Source: Mobula hypostoma
Taxonomy: Eukaryota
NCBI RefSeq assembly: GCF_963921235.1
Contig: NC_086097.1
Span: forward strand, 28,274,001 to 28,338,000
Length of the DNA stretch: 64,000 nt
Reading direction: 5' to 3'
Shown: in pieces, positions 37,314 through 50,618 of the stretch
Position numbering within the stretch: position 1 is the first letter of the stretch
Layout of the letters: the number at the start of each line of letters is the position of its first letter
Made by a program: the position numbers and the translations under genes
Notes under the pieces: model-generated
Database searches by the model: none
Told to the model about the DNA's origin: nothing
The model's input: only the letters and a program-made list of their open reading frames with translations

Positions 37314-37955
37314 GAAAGGTAGAGTGCTGGAGAATAAGGAACCTGATAGGAGAGGAGAGTGGACCATGGGTGAAAGGGAAGGAGAGGTGGACCCAAGTGG
37401 AAGTGATAGTCAGGTGAGAAGAAGTAAAAGACCAGAGTGGGGAATAGAAGAAGAATGGAGCAGGAGAGATTTTTTTTTAAATGGAAGGAGAAATCGATAT
37501 TCATGCCATCAGGTTGAAGGCTACCCAGATGGAATATAAGGAGTTGTTTTTCTGTTCTGAGGGTGGCCTCATCTTGGCACAAGAGGATGCCACAGACACA
37601 GCATAATCCAAGAGTAACAACCTTCACTGTGGTGCCTCTCCTCCCCCCTTTCTCCCATGGTCCACTCTCCTCTCCTATCAGATTCCTTCTTCAGCTCTTC
37701 CCCTTTTCTACCTATCACCTTCCAGCTTCTCACTACATACATTCCTGCATTCCCACCCATCCAACTTTCCCTTCAACCTGGTTTCTCCTATCACCTGCCA
37801 ATGCACTCCTTCCCTCCCCCCCCCCCCACCGCCTCATATTCCGGTTTCTTCCCCTTCCTTTCCAGTCCTGATGAAGGATCTTGAACCAAAATATCAACCG
37901 TATATTCCTCTCCATAGCTGCCTGACCTGCTGAGTTCTGCCGGCATTCTGTGTGC
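37314..37955. mobile_element. Inverted pair of Penelope fragments (minus 37314-37580 with GIY-YIG C-terminus; plus 37630-37955 with degenerate hammerhead)
   Basis: Minus ORF CQDEATLRTEKQLLIFHLGSLQPDGMNIDFS; plus ccagtcctgatgaaggatcttgaaccaaaatatc. Confidence 0.75.
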
Positions 37956-38204
37956 TATGTAGCCCTATAGACCTTTCTAATTTTCTGCCTAACTCCATAA
38001 GTTCTCCTTATAGGACCTCATCTCCCTTCCTGCAGTGATATCCCGAGGCTATGGTGATCAAACTCTAACTCCAACCCTCTCCCTTTGTAGATACATAGTT
38101 TCAACCATGGAGTGTTTTCCCTTCACACCTATTGATTTCCCTTTTGGCAAAATGCTGATGGCAAGGACACCTTGACATCCCTTTTGGCAAAATGCTGTTG
38201 TAAT

Positions 38205-39360
38205 GTCCAGGGCATCACTTGGAGTATTGTGAGCAGTTTGGGGCCCTTTATCTTGGAAAGGATGTGCTGAGACTGGAGAGGGTTCAAAGGGGGTTCACAG
38301 AAATGATTCCAGAATTGAATGGTTTGTCATATGAAGAGCGTTTGATTGCTCTGGGTCTGTATTCACTAGAATTCTGAAGAATGAGGTGCAACCTCATTGA
38401 AACCTATCGAATAGTGAAAGGCCTTAATAGAGTGGATGTGGAGAGGATGTTTCCTATGGTGAGAGAGTCTAAGGATAGATAGTTACTATCCGACAGCAAA
38501 TTACAGTGCCACAGTAACATTGTAAGTGCACAGATATACAAATATTAGAAGAGAAGTAAGCAAGAATAAAAAAAAAGTTACCTTAAAAATAAGACTGAGC
38601 TAAACAGAGCTTTAATAGAGTTTTGGTAAGCAGAGGTTAATAGCAGTCTAACAGGAAGAGATAATTGCTTCTCTGATGTTAGATTGACTCGTTATAAGGC
38701 CTAATGCCCAAGGGCAGGAATGACCCCATATCGCGCTCTTTGGAGCAGCACTGTTGTCTTAGTCTAATACTGAACGTGCTTCTCTGTTCAGCCAAGGTGG
38801 CATGCAGAGGGTGTCTGGAATTGCCAGGATTTTCCAGAGGGCCCTCAGAGTTCACAGAGTACCAGAATACCAGCAGACAGCCTCAGAATGGAGGGGCTTC
38901 CTTTTAGAACGGAGATGAGGAGGAATTTCTTTCGTCAGAGAGTGGTGAATCTGTGAAACTCATCGCCATAGGAAGCATTCTGTTTGGATGCTTAACGGCT
39001 TGGCTTAGTATGGCAACTGCTCTGCATGTGACTGCAGGAAACTTGTGGGCACAACTCAGCACATCACGGAAACCAGCCTCTCCCCCCACCCCCTTGGACT
39101 CTGTCTCTACTTCTCACTGCCTCAGTAAATCAAAGACCCCACCCTCCCCAAACTTTCTCAGGTAGAGGATACAAAAGCCTGAAAGCACATACCATCAGCT
39201 CCGGTGTCGTTTTTGGACGGATCTCTTGCGTGATCAGATGGGACTCTTGATCTCACAATCTTCCTCGTTATGATTGTGCACTTTATCGTTTACCTGTACT
39301 GCACGTTCCCTGTAGCTTTTACACTTTATTCTGCATGGTTATTGTTTTACCTTCTTCCAG
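38205..39360. mobile_element. Cluster of CR1 and Rex1/Babar-like LINE fragments
   Basis: CR1 3' motifs at 38205-38475 and 38870-38955; Rex1-like fragments on both strands. Confidence 0.55.
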
Positions 39361-40467
39361 CTCATGTGCATAGTGTACAGGAAGGAGTAGAAGCTCTGGT
39401 GAAGAGGCTTGTCGTGTCCATTCTGGGCAGCTCACTCTCCTTTGGTCCCCTTGGGGAACTCAGCTGTCACTTGTGGGTCCAAGTAGCTGCCTGCATACAA
39501 CAGCGGCCACATCCCAGCACGCCTCTTTGACAGATGGGCTAAACCAGTTGAGTGTGGCTGGTGGGGTGGGGGAGCCTCATACCCTGCTGAGGTCAGGCCA
39601 TGCGTGTCCTAGCATGTGATGCCAGCTCTGGCTGACTGGGCAGGTGAGATCAGACAGCCAAGAGGGCAATCCTTCGATGCTTCATGGGGAGAAAAGGGCA
39701 TGACAGGGCACAGAAGTCATGGTCATCCACTGCAACCAAGGAAAATCCCGTTTGTGATGACTACTCGTACCACTGGACTCAGACTTCTGAGGTCGGGAGA
39801 GTGAAACTACCCCAGAGCAATGACTTCTCCACTTTAAAAACTCTCTCTGTCATTGTTGGATATGTGACAACGTTAAACCATTACCAATAATAAATCTACT
39901 GGAAATCTATCCCCAAACTTTGATTCTGTGAGGAGGTCAAAGCTGAAAGTGAAAGGAATTATTGCTTGTGGCTTAATGTAAGAGTTCTAATATCAAGTTT
40001 TGATTTTAAAAGTGATTTAAAAAAATACATTGTTATTTAAGCCGAGAAACAACTTTGGATTACAGAAAAGTACACAACATATTCTACTCCCATTAAAGGA
40101 CAGCAAACAGTGAGGTGTGTTAGCCATCCCAGATCCTGGATTAGGGGTCCGTACAGATGGGAATCAGGAGGGCCAGTGACCGCCACACCGATCACCAGGG
40201 TCAAAGGTCTGTGTGAATCGGGAACTTAAGGCCCAAGTGTCAAACCCGTGATTGGAGGGTCCTGTGGTTGATAGCCAAAGGGCAGCAGAATCCAGAGGGA
40301 GAAGCCAAAGGCTGAGGTCCAGAGCTTGGCAAGTCCAGAGGTAGAGGCCTGAAGAGTGAAGTCCCTGGGTTGGCTGGAGGTTAGAGGCCCAATGTTTACA
40401 AGCTTAAGAGTCCAGGGCCAAAGACTGGAGGCCTGAAGGCAACTTGTCCTGGGGACTAGAGGCCTGT

Positions 40468-42771
<2,304 letters not shown>

Positions 42772-43117
42772 AGACAGCAGGAAAGGGGCTTTTCCAGCCG
42801 TTGTTATTTTGTGTTGCTGCTGCTGCTCATGTCGTTCTGCTGAACGCTGTGGACATGCTACGTTGGCACTGGGACCTGCGGTGCCATCTGCACATCCTTA
42901 TGAGTGGTATTTACACAAATCATGCAACCTTTTAAACTTATGTTTTAATGTACACCTGATAAATAAATCCGAATCTGAATCCCAGGTGGAGACAGGGAAG
43001 TCCTCCCCTGCTTTTCAAACAGATCCCCAAATTAGTTCGTGTCCATCTGAAAGGGAGAGCAGTTGATCTCACTTGAAAGTAGATCTCTCAGACAGTGTCT
43101 GTACTACTGCGGTAGGG

Positions 43118-44179
43118 TCAGTATTCATTCGGTGTGTCTGTTCTTACAAGTGTCAAGAGAATACTGGCCCTTGGGGTAAAGCTCATCGTGGCTGGAGGAA
43201 TGTTGCAGCATTCCGGTGGGTTGATCTGCCCTGTGTCCCGTGCTGGAAGGAGGTTCACCGCGGGCTCGAGGAGCCTCATCAGGATGCCGCGCGAGCTCTC
43301 GGAGATGAAGGTGTAGAGGATGGGGTCGGCAACACAATTCAGACTGGTGAGCAGCAGCCCAAAGTGGTAGTAGTGGAAGAAGCTCTTCACGAAGGTGCAG
43401 TCCCTCTCGAGCAGAGTTCGGATCAGCAGGAGGATATGATAGGGAACAAAACAAACACAGAAAATGACAGTGCCACTCAAGACCAACCTCTTGATCCTCA
43501 GCTTCTGATCCTGTCGAACGCTCTTACTCTTGTTTATTGTTGCCAACATCCTGTGGTAGGAGAAGGACAACAGAATAATGGGGAGAAGGAAGCCAACTGA
43601 GAAACGATAATAATTGACCTCCTTCTCCCAGACTTGAAGGGGATAATGCTCGAAGCAGAGCAAGTGGTTGTTCCGATCCCTCACTGTCTCATTGTGGTTG
43701 AAGATGAAAAGGCTCATTCCAATCTCCTTACTCCAGACCAGGACACTGACCAGGAGTGCGGTCTTCACAGTTCTAAGAGAATGGAACCGCAGAGGGTAGA
43801 CCACAGCGAGGTAGCGATCCATGGAGATGCAGCAGAGGAAGGCGATGCTGACGTAGATGTTCTCGTAGAGGATGAGACCGGTGAGCCTGCACAGAACCTC
43901 ACCGTGTACCCAATTATCTCCCTTCAGTAGATACTGAATCCATAGGGGCAAGCAAGCGAGGTGCAGCAGGTCAGAGATGGTCAAGTTGCAGAGGTAGACC
44001 CCCAGTTCGTTACCCTGCTTGATCTGCAGGTAGCTGTGGAAGAGTGACAGGAGGCTGGTGGGAAGACTGATGATAAGTATAATGATGTAGACTGCTGAAA
44101 ACAAACCCTGGTGGATGGTGTAATCCAGAGTACAGTTGGTGCAATTAACTTCATTACACTGCCCCTGATTGGCCATCAT
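43118..44179 (-). CDS. GPR68-like: Proton-sensing class A GPCR, OGR1/GPR68-like (copy A), 353 aa from first ATG
   Basis: Intact 7TM: YLQIKQGNELGVYLCNLTISD, LYENIYVSIAFLCCISMDRYLAV, CFEHYP, NYYRF, PYH, LTSLNCVADPILY. Splice acceptor (pyrimidine tract, ttAG) at 44279-44280. Orthology to GPR68 versus an OGR1-like paralog is not resolvable here. Confidence 0.93.
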   Translation of the reverse strand: MMANQGQCNEVNCTNCTLDYTIHQGLFSAVYIIILIISLPTSLLSLFHSYLQIKQGNELGVYLCNLTISDLLHLACLPLWIQYLLKGDNWVHGEVLCRLTGLILYENIYVSIAFLCCISMDRYLAVVYPLRFHSLRTVKTALLVSVLVWSKEIGMSLFIFNHNETVRDRNNHLLCFEHYPLQVWEKEVNYYRFSVGFLLPIILLSFSYHRMLATINKSKSVRQDQKLRIKRLVLSGTVIFCVCFVPYHILLLIRTLLERDCTFVKSFFHYYHFGLLLTSLNCVADPILYTFISESSRGILMRLLEPAVNLLPARDTGQINPPECCNIPPATMSFTPRASILLTLVRTDTPNEY

Positions 44180-44423
44180 CACGGAGAGCAAGACGGATGT
44201 GCTCCTCTGATTGGCTGTCCTCTCTGCAGTCAGGAAGTTGGAGGGGGTTTTCAAATGTGTTTGCTTATCACGGTCCTCCTAAGGGATGGCAGGGGAAGGA
44301 AAATAGAAAATAGTTTGTTAAATAAAACAGGTTGTGGGTTTTGCCAAGTGCGTATCTCAACTTTGGAACTGAAGAACAAGGTACAGGAGGCATCATAGAT
44401 GGGACAGGGAGAGGTTCAAAGGG

Positions 44424-44636
44424 ACAACACACACAAAATGCTGAAGGAACTCAGCAGGCCAGGCAGCATCTATGGAAAAGAGTACAATGAACATTTTGGG
44501 CCAGTCCTGCCGAAGGGTTTTGGTCCGAAACGTTGACTGCACTCTTTTCCTAGAGGCCAACTGGCCTGCTAAGTTCCTCCAGCATTTTGTGTGTGTTGCT
44601 TGGATTTCCAGCATCCACAAATTTTCTCTTGCTTGT
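44424..44636. mobile_element. Short inverted (palindromic) Penelope-like insertion with degenerate hammerhead
   Basis: Minus arm 44424-44500, plus arm 44501-44636; flanking 15-bp direct repeat GAGAGGTTCAAAGGG (44409-44423, 44637-44651). Confidence 0.8.
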
Positions 44637-44684
44637 GAGAGGTTCAAAGGGGTCAGGAGGAAACGTAGATGGGACAAGGCGAGA

Positions 44685-46995
44685 TGGCTTGTGCTTGAGC
44701 CTACTCGGGGAAAGGCTATCTCAGATTGGGTGTTGTACAATAATCCAGATCTTATTAGGAAGCTTAATGTAAAGGAATCCTTTGGAGGCAGTGTTCATAA
44801 TATGATGAATTCATGCTGCACCTTGAGAGAGAGAAGCAGAAGTCACAGTATTGCAATGGAATAAAGGGAATTACAGAGGCATGCGAGAGGAGCTTGCCCA
44901 GATGGATTGGGGGAGGATACTGGTGGGGATGACGGCAGAACAGAGATGGCTGAAGTTTCTGGGAATAGTTCACAAGGCACAGAATAGATTTGTCCCACAG
45001 AAGGAGTTCTCAAATGGCAAGGGTAGGCAGCCATGGTTGACAAGGGAAGTCAAGGATTGCACCAAAGCCAAGCAAAAGGGCATGTAAGGTAGCAAAAGTG
45101 ACTGGGAAGCTTTTAAAATCCAACAAAAGCAACCAAAAAAGTGATAAGAAGGAAAAAGATGAAATATGAGGGCAAACTAGGCAATAATCTTGTAAGCAGG
45201 ATATAATTTTTTTCCAGTAATATAGAGAGTAAAAGGGAGGTGAGACTTAATATTGGACCACTAGAAAATAATGCTGGTGAGGAAGTACTGGGGGACAAAG
45301 AAATGGCAGATTAACTTAATAAGTACTTTGTATCAGTCTTTACTGTGGAAGACACAAGCAGCATGCCGGAGTGCCCTTGCTATTACAAAGGAAAAAGTGC
45401 TAGGCAAACTGAAAGGTCTTAAGGTGGATAAGTCACCTGGACCAGATGGCCTACACCCCAGAGTCCTGAGAGAGGTTGCTGAAGAGATTGGTCATGATCT
45501 TTCAAGAAACACTTGATCCTGGTATGGTCCCAGAGGACTGGAAGATTGCAATGTCACTCCACTCTTTAAGAAGGGAGGAAGGCAAAAGGGAGGAAGGCAA
45601 AAGAAAGGAAGTTAAAGGCCAGTTAGCCTAACCTCAGTGCTTGGGAATGTGTTGGAGTTTATTATTAAGGATCCAGTTTTGGGGTACTTGGAGACGAATG
45701 ATAAAATAAGTCAAAGTCAGAATGGTTTCTCTAAAGGGAAATCTTGCCTGTCAAATCTTTTAGAGTTCTTCAAGGAAGTAACAAGCAGGGTGGACAAAGG
45801 AGAGGCAGTGGATCATTTACTTAGATTTTCAGAAAGCATTTGATAAGGTGCCACACATGAGGCCAATTAACAAGATAAAATCCTAAGCATTACAGGAAAG
45901 ATACTGGCATGAGTAGAGGAATGGCTGACAGGCAGGAGGCAGTGAGTGGGAATATTTTCTGGTTGGCTGCCAGTAACTAGAGGTGTTCCTCAGAGGTCAG
46001 TATTGGGACCGCTACTTTTCACATTGTTTGTCAATGATTTGGATAATGGAATTGATGGTTTTATGGCAAAGTTTGTAGATGATATGAAAATAGGTGGAGG
46101 GGTAGGTAGCACTGAGGAAACAATGTGATTGCAGTAGGACTAGACAAATTGGAAGAATGGGCAAAAAAGTGGCAGATGAAATACAGTGTTGGGAAATATA
46201 TGATATTGCATTTTTGTAAAATGAGCAATAATGCAGACTATTATCTAAATGGGAAGAAGGTTCAAACATCAGAGGTACAGAGGTGCTTGGGAGTCCTTGT
46301 GCAAGACCTCTAGAAGGGTAATTCACCGGTTGAGTCTGTGGTAAAGAAGGCAAATGCAATGTTGGTATTTATTTCAAGGGGAATAGAATATAAAAGCAAG
46401 GAGATAATGCTGAGGCTTTCTAAGACACTAGTCAGGCTGCACTTGGAATATTGTCAACAGTTTTGGGTCCCATATCTCAGAAAGGATGTGTTGTCATTGG
46501 ACAGAGTCCAGAGGAGGTCCACGAGGATGATTCCAGGAATGAAGGGGTTAACATATGAGGAGCATTTGGCAGCTTTGGGCCTGTACGCTCTGGAATATAG
46601 AAAATGTAGGAGGATCTCATTGAAACTAACTGAATGTTGAAAGGTCTAGATAGGGTGGATATGGTGATGATGTTTCCTGTGATGGGGGTATCCAGAACTA
46701 GAGGGCACAGCCTCAAAGCTGAGGGGCGACTTTTTAGAATGCAGGTAAGGAAGAATTTTTTTTTGGCCAAAGATTGGTGAAACTGTGGAATACTCTGCCG
46801 CAGACTGCGGTGGGGGCCAAGTCCGTGGATATATTTAAGGCAGAAGTTGACCGTTTCCTGATTGGTCAGGGCATCAAAAGATATACCGAGAAGGCAGGTG
46901 TATGGGGTTGAATGGGATCCAGGATCAGTCATGATGTTATGGTGGAGCAGACTTGATGGGCTGAATGGCATAAATCTGCTCCTATGTCTTATGGT
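44685..46995 (+). mobile_element. Degenerate CR1 LINE ORF2
   Basis: NKGNYRGMREELA, KSPGPDGLHPRVL, GVPQRSVLGP, LHLEYC; many frameshifts. Confidence 0.88.
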
Positions 46996-47019
46996 TCAAA
47001 GGAGTCAGGAGGAAACAGG

Positions 47020-47335
47020 TGGGACAGGGGAGATTCAACGGGATCAGGAGGGGACAGAGATGGGACAGGGAGAGACTCAAGGGAGATATAGATGGAACAG
47101 GGTAGGCTCAAGAGGAGAAGTGGATGGGACAGGGAGAGACTAAAGGGGAGATATGGATGGGACAGGGAGAGACTCAAGGGGAAATGTAGATGGAACAGGG
47201 TAGGCTCAAGAGGAGAAGTGGATGGGACAGGGAGAGACTAAAGGGGAGATATGGATGGGACAGGGAGAGACTCAAGGGGAAATGTGGATGGAACAGGGGA
47301 GGCTCACGGTGATCAGGAGGGGATGTAGATGGGGC
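47020..47335. repeat. Purine-rich minisatellite, 32-33-bp unit with 98-bp trimeric period
   Basis: gatgggacagggagagact(c/a)aaggggagatatg-type units. Confidence 0.85.
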
Positions 47336-48174
47336 AGAGTTGGAATAGGAATGGGAAGTAGAATTAAAATTGGTCTGCCCCTCATTATTGTTTCTGGAAT
47401 TTTCCAATGACCAAGGTTAAACCAACAGGTCTATGGTTCCTGATTCTCCCCAGTGCACACCCTGTCTTTCTCATTCACCCTGATAATTACATTCACCTTA
47501 TCCAAAGTACACACTAGCCTCTGTATGCATACACTCCACAAAGTCCATATCACACCCATGACGTAAATGGAGGAAAGTTTAGCAGAGATGCCAGAGGCAG
47601 GTTTTTATTAAATCCAAAAAGTGCCTAAGTTGTCAAGGGATTATGGGGAACTTTCTGGAATGATCGTCTTCTTGGAACAGGGGAGAGGGGAGAGGGGAGA
47701 GGGTGGTGGGTGCTTGCAAAGCACTGCTGGGAGAGGTGCTAACTACTGATACAATGGGAACATTTGAAGAACTCTTCGATAGGCACATGGATGTAATAAA
47801 AATGAATGGTTTTAAGCTGTGAAGGAGGAAGGATGAGATTGATGGTGGAGTAGGTTTGTGGAATTGGAACAACAACATGGGCTGAAAAGCTTACACTGTG
47901 CTGTACTGTTCTACACAAACCCTGCCCAACCTACACTGCTCCATACCGCTCAGATTTACTGTGCGTTATTCAATGCCAAATAATGTCCTGCTGATTAAAT
48001 GCATTTCTAAGCAAGTGCACGCTGCTCACTATATGCCAACAAAGGCCAACATGTTCACTATAATGGTCAACAATTTCACCCACCGTATCCCATCATACAT
48101 CACCACTCAGTTAACCATTTTCACGCCATTTTCATGACGTACCCCTAACCATGGTGAGTACTCTGACTGTTTGC

Positions 48175-48585
48175 AGCAATGTCTAATGCACAGGATTGGA
48201 AAAAGCTGCAGAGGTCTGTAAGCTCAACCAGCTCCATCATGAGCCACCCTACCATCGAGGACATGTTCAGAAAGGAAGCTTCCATCATTAAGAACCCTCA
48301 CCATCCAGGACATGCCCTCTTCTCATTGCTACCATCAGAGAGGAGGTACAGGAGCCTGAAGACACACACTCAGCCTTTTAGGAACAGCTCCTTCCTCTTC
48401 ACCATCAGATTTCTAAATAGTTCACGAACTCATGAACACTATTTCTCTATTTTACTCTCTTTTTGCATTACTTACATTTAAAAATATTTTTATTGTAACT
48501 TATTGCATTTTTATGTACAGCGCCTGCTAAACAACAAATTTGATGATGTACGTCGATGATAATGAGCTCGATTGTGATTCTGAAG
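48175..48585 (+). mobile_element. Rex1/Babar-like LINE 3' fragment
   Basis: ASIIKNPHHPGHALFSLLPSERRYRSLKT...FRNSS. Confidence 0.75.
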
Positions 48586-49565
48586 CAAACTGAATGTGCT
48601 TCAGTGCACCTGGGCCGACAGAGGCCAGTGGCGATTAGAATAGAAATCTCCAGTCAAGCCAGGAGGAGCTTCCTGGAAACTGCCTTGCCACTTGTGGAAG
48701 CTCTCTTGGGAATTATGCCCCAGAATGAGTCAGCGACTCTGCGGGCAACTCATCCTTTACCTCAACTCCACCAAGTTACCATCTTATGCTCTACAGAAGT
48801 GCTGATGAAAATTTATCAACCTGAAACATCGTCAACGATTCTCTCTCCACAGGGGTCCCCTGTTCAGCACGTTCGGTTTGTTTGACCTTATTAATGCACA
48901 ACGATTAATTCACACTTTTCTTGCAAATTGTGGCGAGACAGCGGCAAGACAGATTTGTGCAAATGAACTTCCTTAATTTGTCTTTAGGTAGTCAAAGTTC
49001 CAGACAGAATAGGATGAAAAGAATTTTAAACCATTAAAAAAAATTAATGTGTTATGATTTGGAGCATAATCTTCAGGTCTGTTGACCATGTTTCTGCTGT
49101 TTAGTAGGCATGAGCGAGGTTCAGTGGTTGCTGCCTTCATTGACATGTGAAGAATGGGTTAAGTATCCATGTGGTTGGATGAACTTGCAAGGTGGAATCA
49201 AGGGGAAGGCAGGAACAAATTAATTATTTTCACTATTGAAAAGTACAATGCTCCCTGTCCTTTCAAAATACTTGCCCACAGTATATCTTTCTCTGTCACA
49301 CACTCAAACATGCTCTACGGAGAAGGGCACAGCGGGTCGAGCAGCAGCTGCAGGGGAAGAGCAACTGAAAACATATCTTGGGTCAAAGCCCTGCCTCAGG
49401 GCTGCTGGGCCCACTGAGTTTTTCCATCAGATTGCTTTTTGCTGCAGATTCCAGCTTCTGGAGTCTCTTGTGTCTACACTCTATCATCTGTCAGTGCTTG
49501 CAAGATTGCTGGCTTACATTGTCCTCCGGTCTCTACAAATCTGTGCTCATTGGTCCTTGGAAGTA

Positions 49566-50618
49566 TTACTGGGGATATCTATCAAGTTGGATCTTTGCTC
49601 CATTATTGTAACCATTCTCTATCTCTCTCTCATTGTCCTTAAATGTAAATTTTGTGCTGTTTGTGATCGGCAACTTAGCGTTCATCTCCAGCATCTGAAC
49701 TCTTTCCCTCCTTTGGCAGCGGATGAGGCTTGTTATAGGGTCTAGAAACCTGGCCAGCCAGCCTTGTGAGCTGCGGGAGACAAAACAGTACAAGATAGGA
49801 TCGGCCACACAGTTTAAACTGGTCAGCAGAAGCCCACAGTGATAGACGTCAAAAATGTTAACAACAAATTCACAGCTTCGCTCGAAGAAGGTCCGCACCA
49901 TCAGGAAAATGTGATAGGGAGCAAAGCAGACCAAGAAAATGATGATGGTTGCAGACACCAGCCTTTTAATCCTGAGCTTCCTTTCCAGTTGGAGTCCGTG
50001 ACTCTTATGGACCACCGACAGCACCTTGCAGTAGGAGAAGAGTAACAAGGCAAGCGGGAGGAAGAAGCCAATGGAGAGACGGTAAATATTTAAGTTGATG
50101 TCCTTCTTGCTCAGGGGGTAGTGCTCGAAGCACAAGGTATCATTTTCATCATCCTTGCTGAGGACTTTACTGCCAATGAAGAGGGTGCAGACCATAATCT
50201 CCTTGATCCAGATAACGGCACTGATGAGGAGTGCAGCTTTCATGGTGTGCATGGACTTAAAGTTCATGGGATAGGTGACGGCCAGGAAGCGGTTGACGGA
50301 GATGAAGCAGAGGAAGCCAATGCTGATGTAGATGTTCTGGTAGAGGAGCAGGCCACTGAGCTTGCATAGCTCTGGTGAAAAGATCCAGTCGTCGTGCTGC
50401 AGGATGTACTGCACCCACAAGGGCAGGGAGGTGAGGTACAAGAGGTCGGAAATGGTTAGGTTGCAGAGATAGATCCCTAGTTCATTCCTGTGCTTGATCT
50501 GCAGGTAGCTATGGTACAGCGATAGCAGGTTAGTGGGCAAGCCGATGATGAAGACCAAGATATAAACAGTGGGGAACACCTTCTGATGGATCCCGTGGTC
50601 AATGGTACAGTTGGTCAT
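49566..50618 (-). CDS. GPR68-like: Proton-sensing class A GPCR, OGR1/GPR68-like (copy B), 350 aa
   Basis: Intact 7TM: CTIDHGIHQ, YLQIKHRNELGIYLCNLTISD, CFEHYP, PYH, LTSLNCVADPILY. A at -3 of the ATG with an in-frame upstream stop; splice acceptor tttttatgtctccccacAG at 50735-50736. Confidence 0.93.
   Translation of the reverse strand: MTNCTIDHGIHQKVFPTVYILVFIIGLPTNLLSLYHSYLQIKHRNELGIYLCNLTISDLLYLTSLPLWVQYILQHDDWIFSPELCKLSGLLLYQNIYISIGFLCFISVNRFLAVTYPMNFKSMHTMKAALLISAVIWIKEIMVCTLFIGSKVLSKDDENDTLCFEHYPLSKKDINLNIYRLSIGFFLPLALLLFSYCKVLSVVHKSHGLQLERKLRIKRLVSATIIIFLVCFAPYHIFLMVRTFFERSCEFVVNIFDVYHCGLLLTSLNCVADPILYCFVSRSSQGWLARFLDPITSLIRCQRRERVQMLEMNAKLPITNSTKFTFKDNEREIENGYNNGAKIQLDRYPQ

Noticed and set aside
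44180..44254. ORF-track start of GPCR-A at 44254
   Set aside because: It is a TTG codon; the first ATG is at 44179.
43073..44398. Plus-strand ORFs overlapping GPCR-A (likewise 49236-50369 for GPCR-B)
   Set aside because: Antisense shadows of the GPCR coding sequence.
48801..48840. Additional hammerhead (ctgatga...gaaac)
   Set aside because: Core words are present but stems I and II do not pair convincingly; at best a very old PLE remnant.
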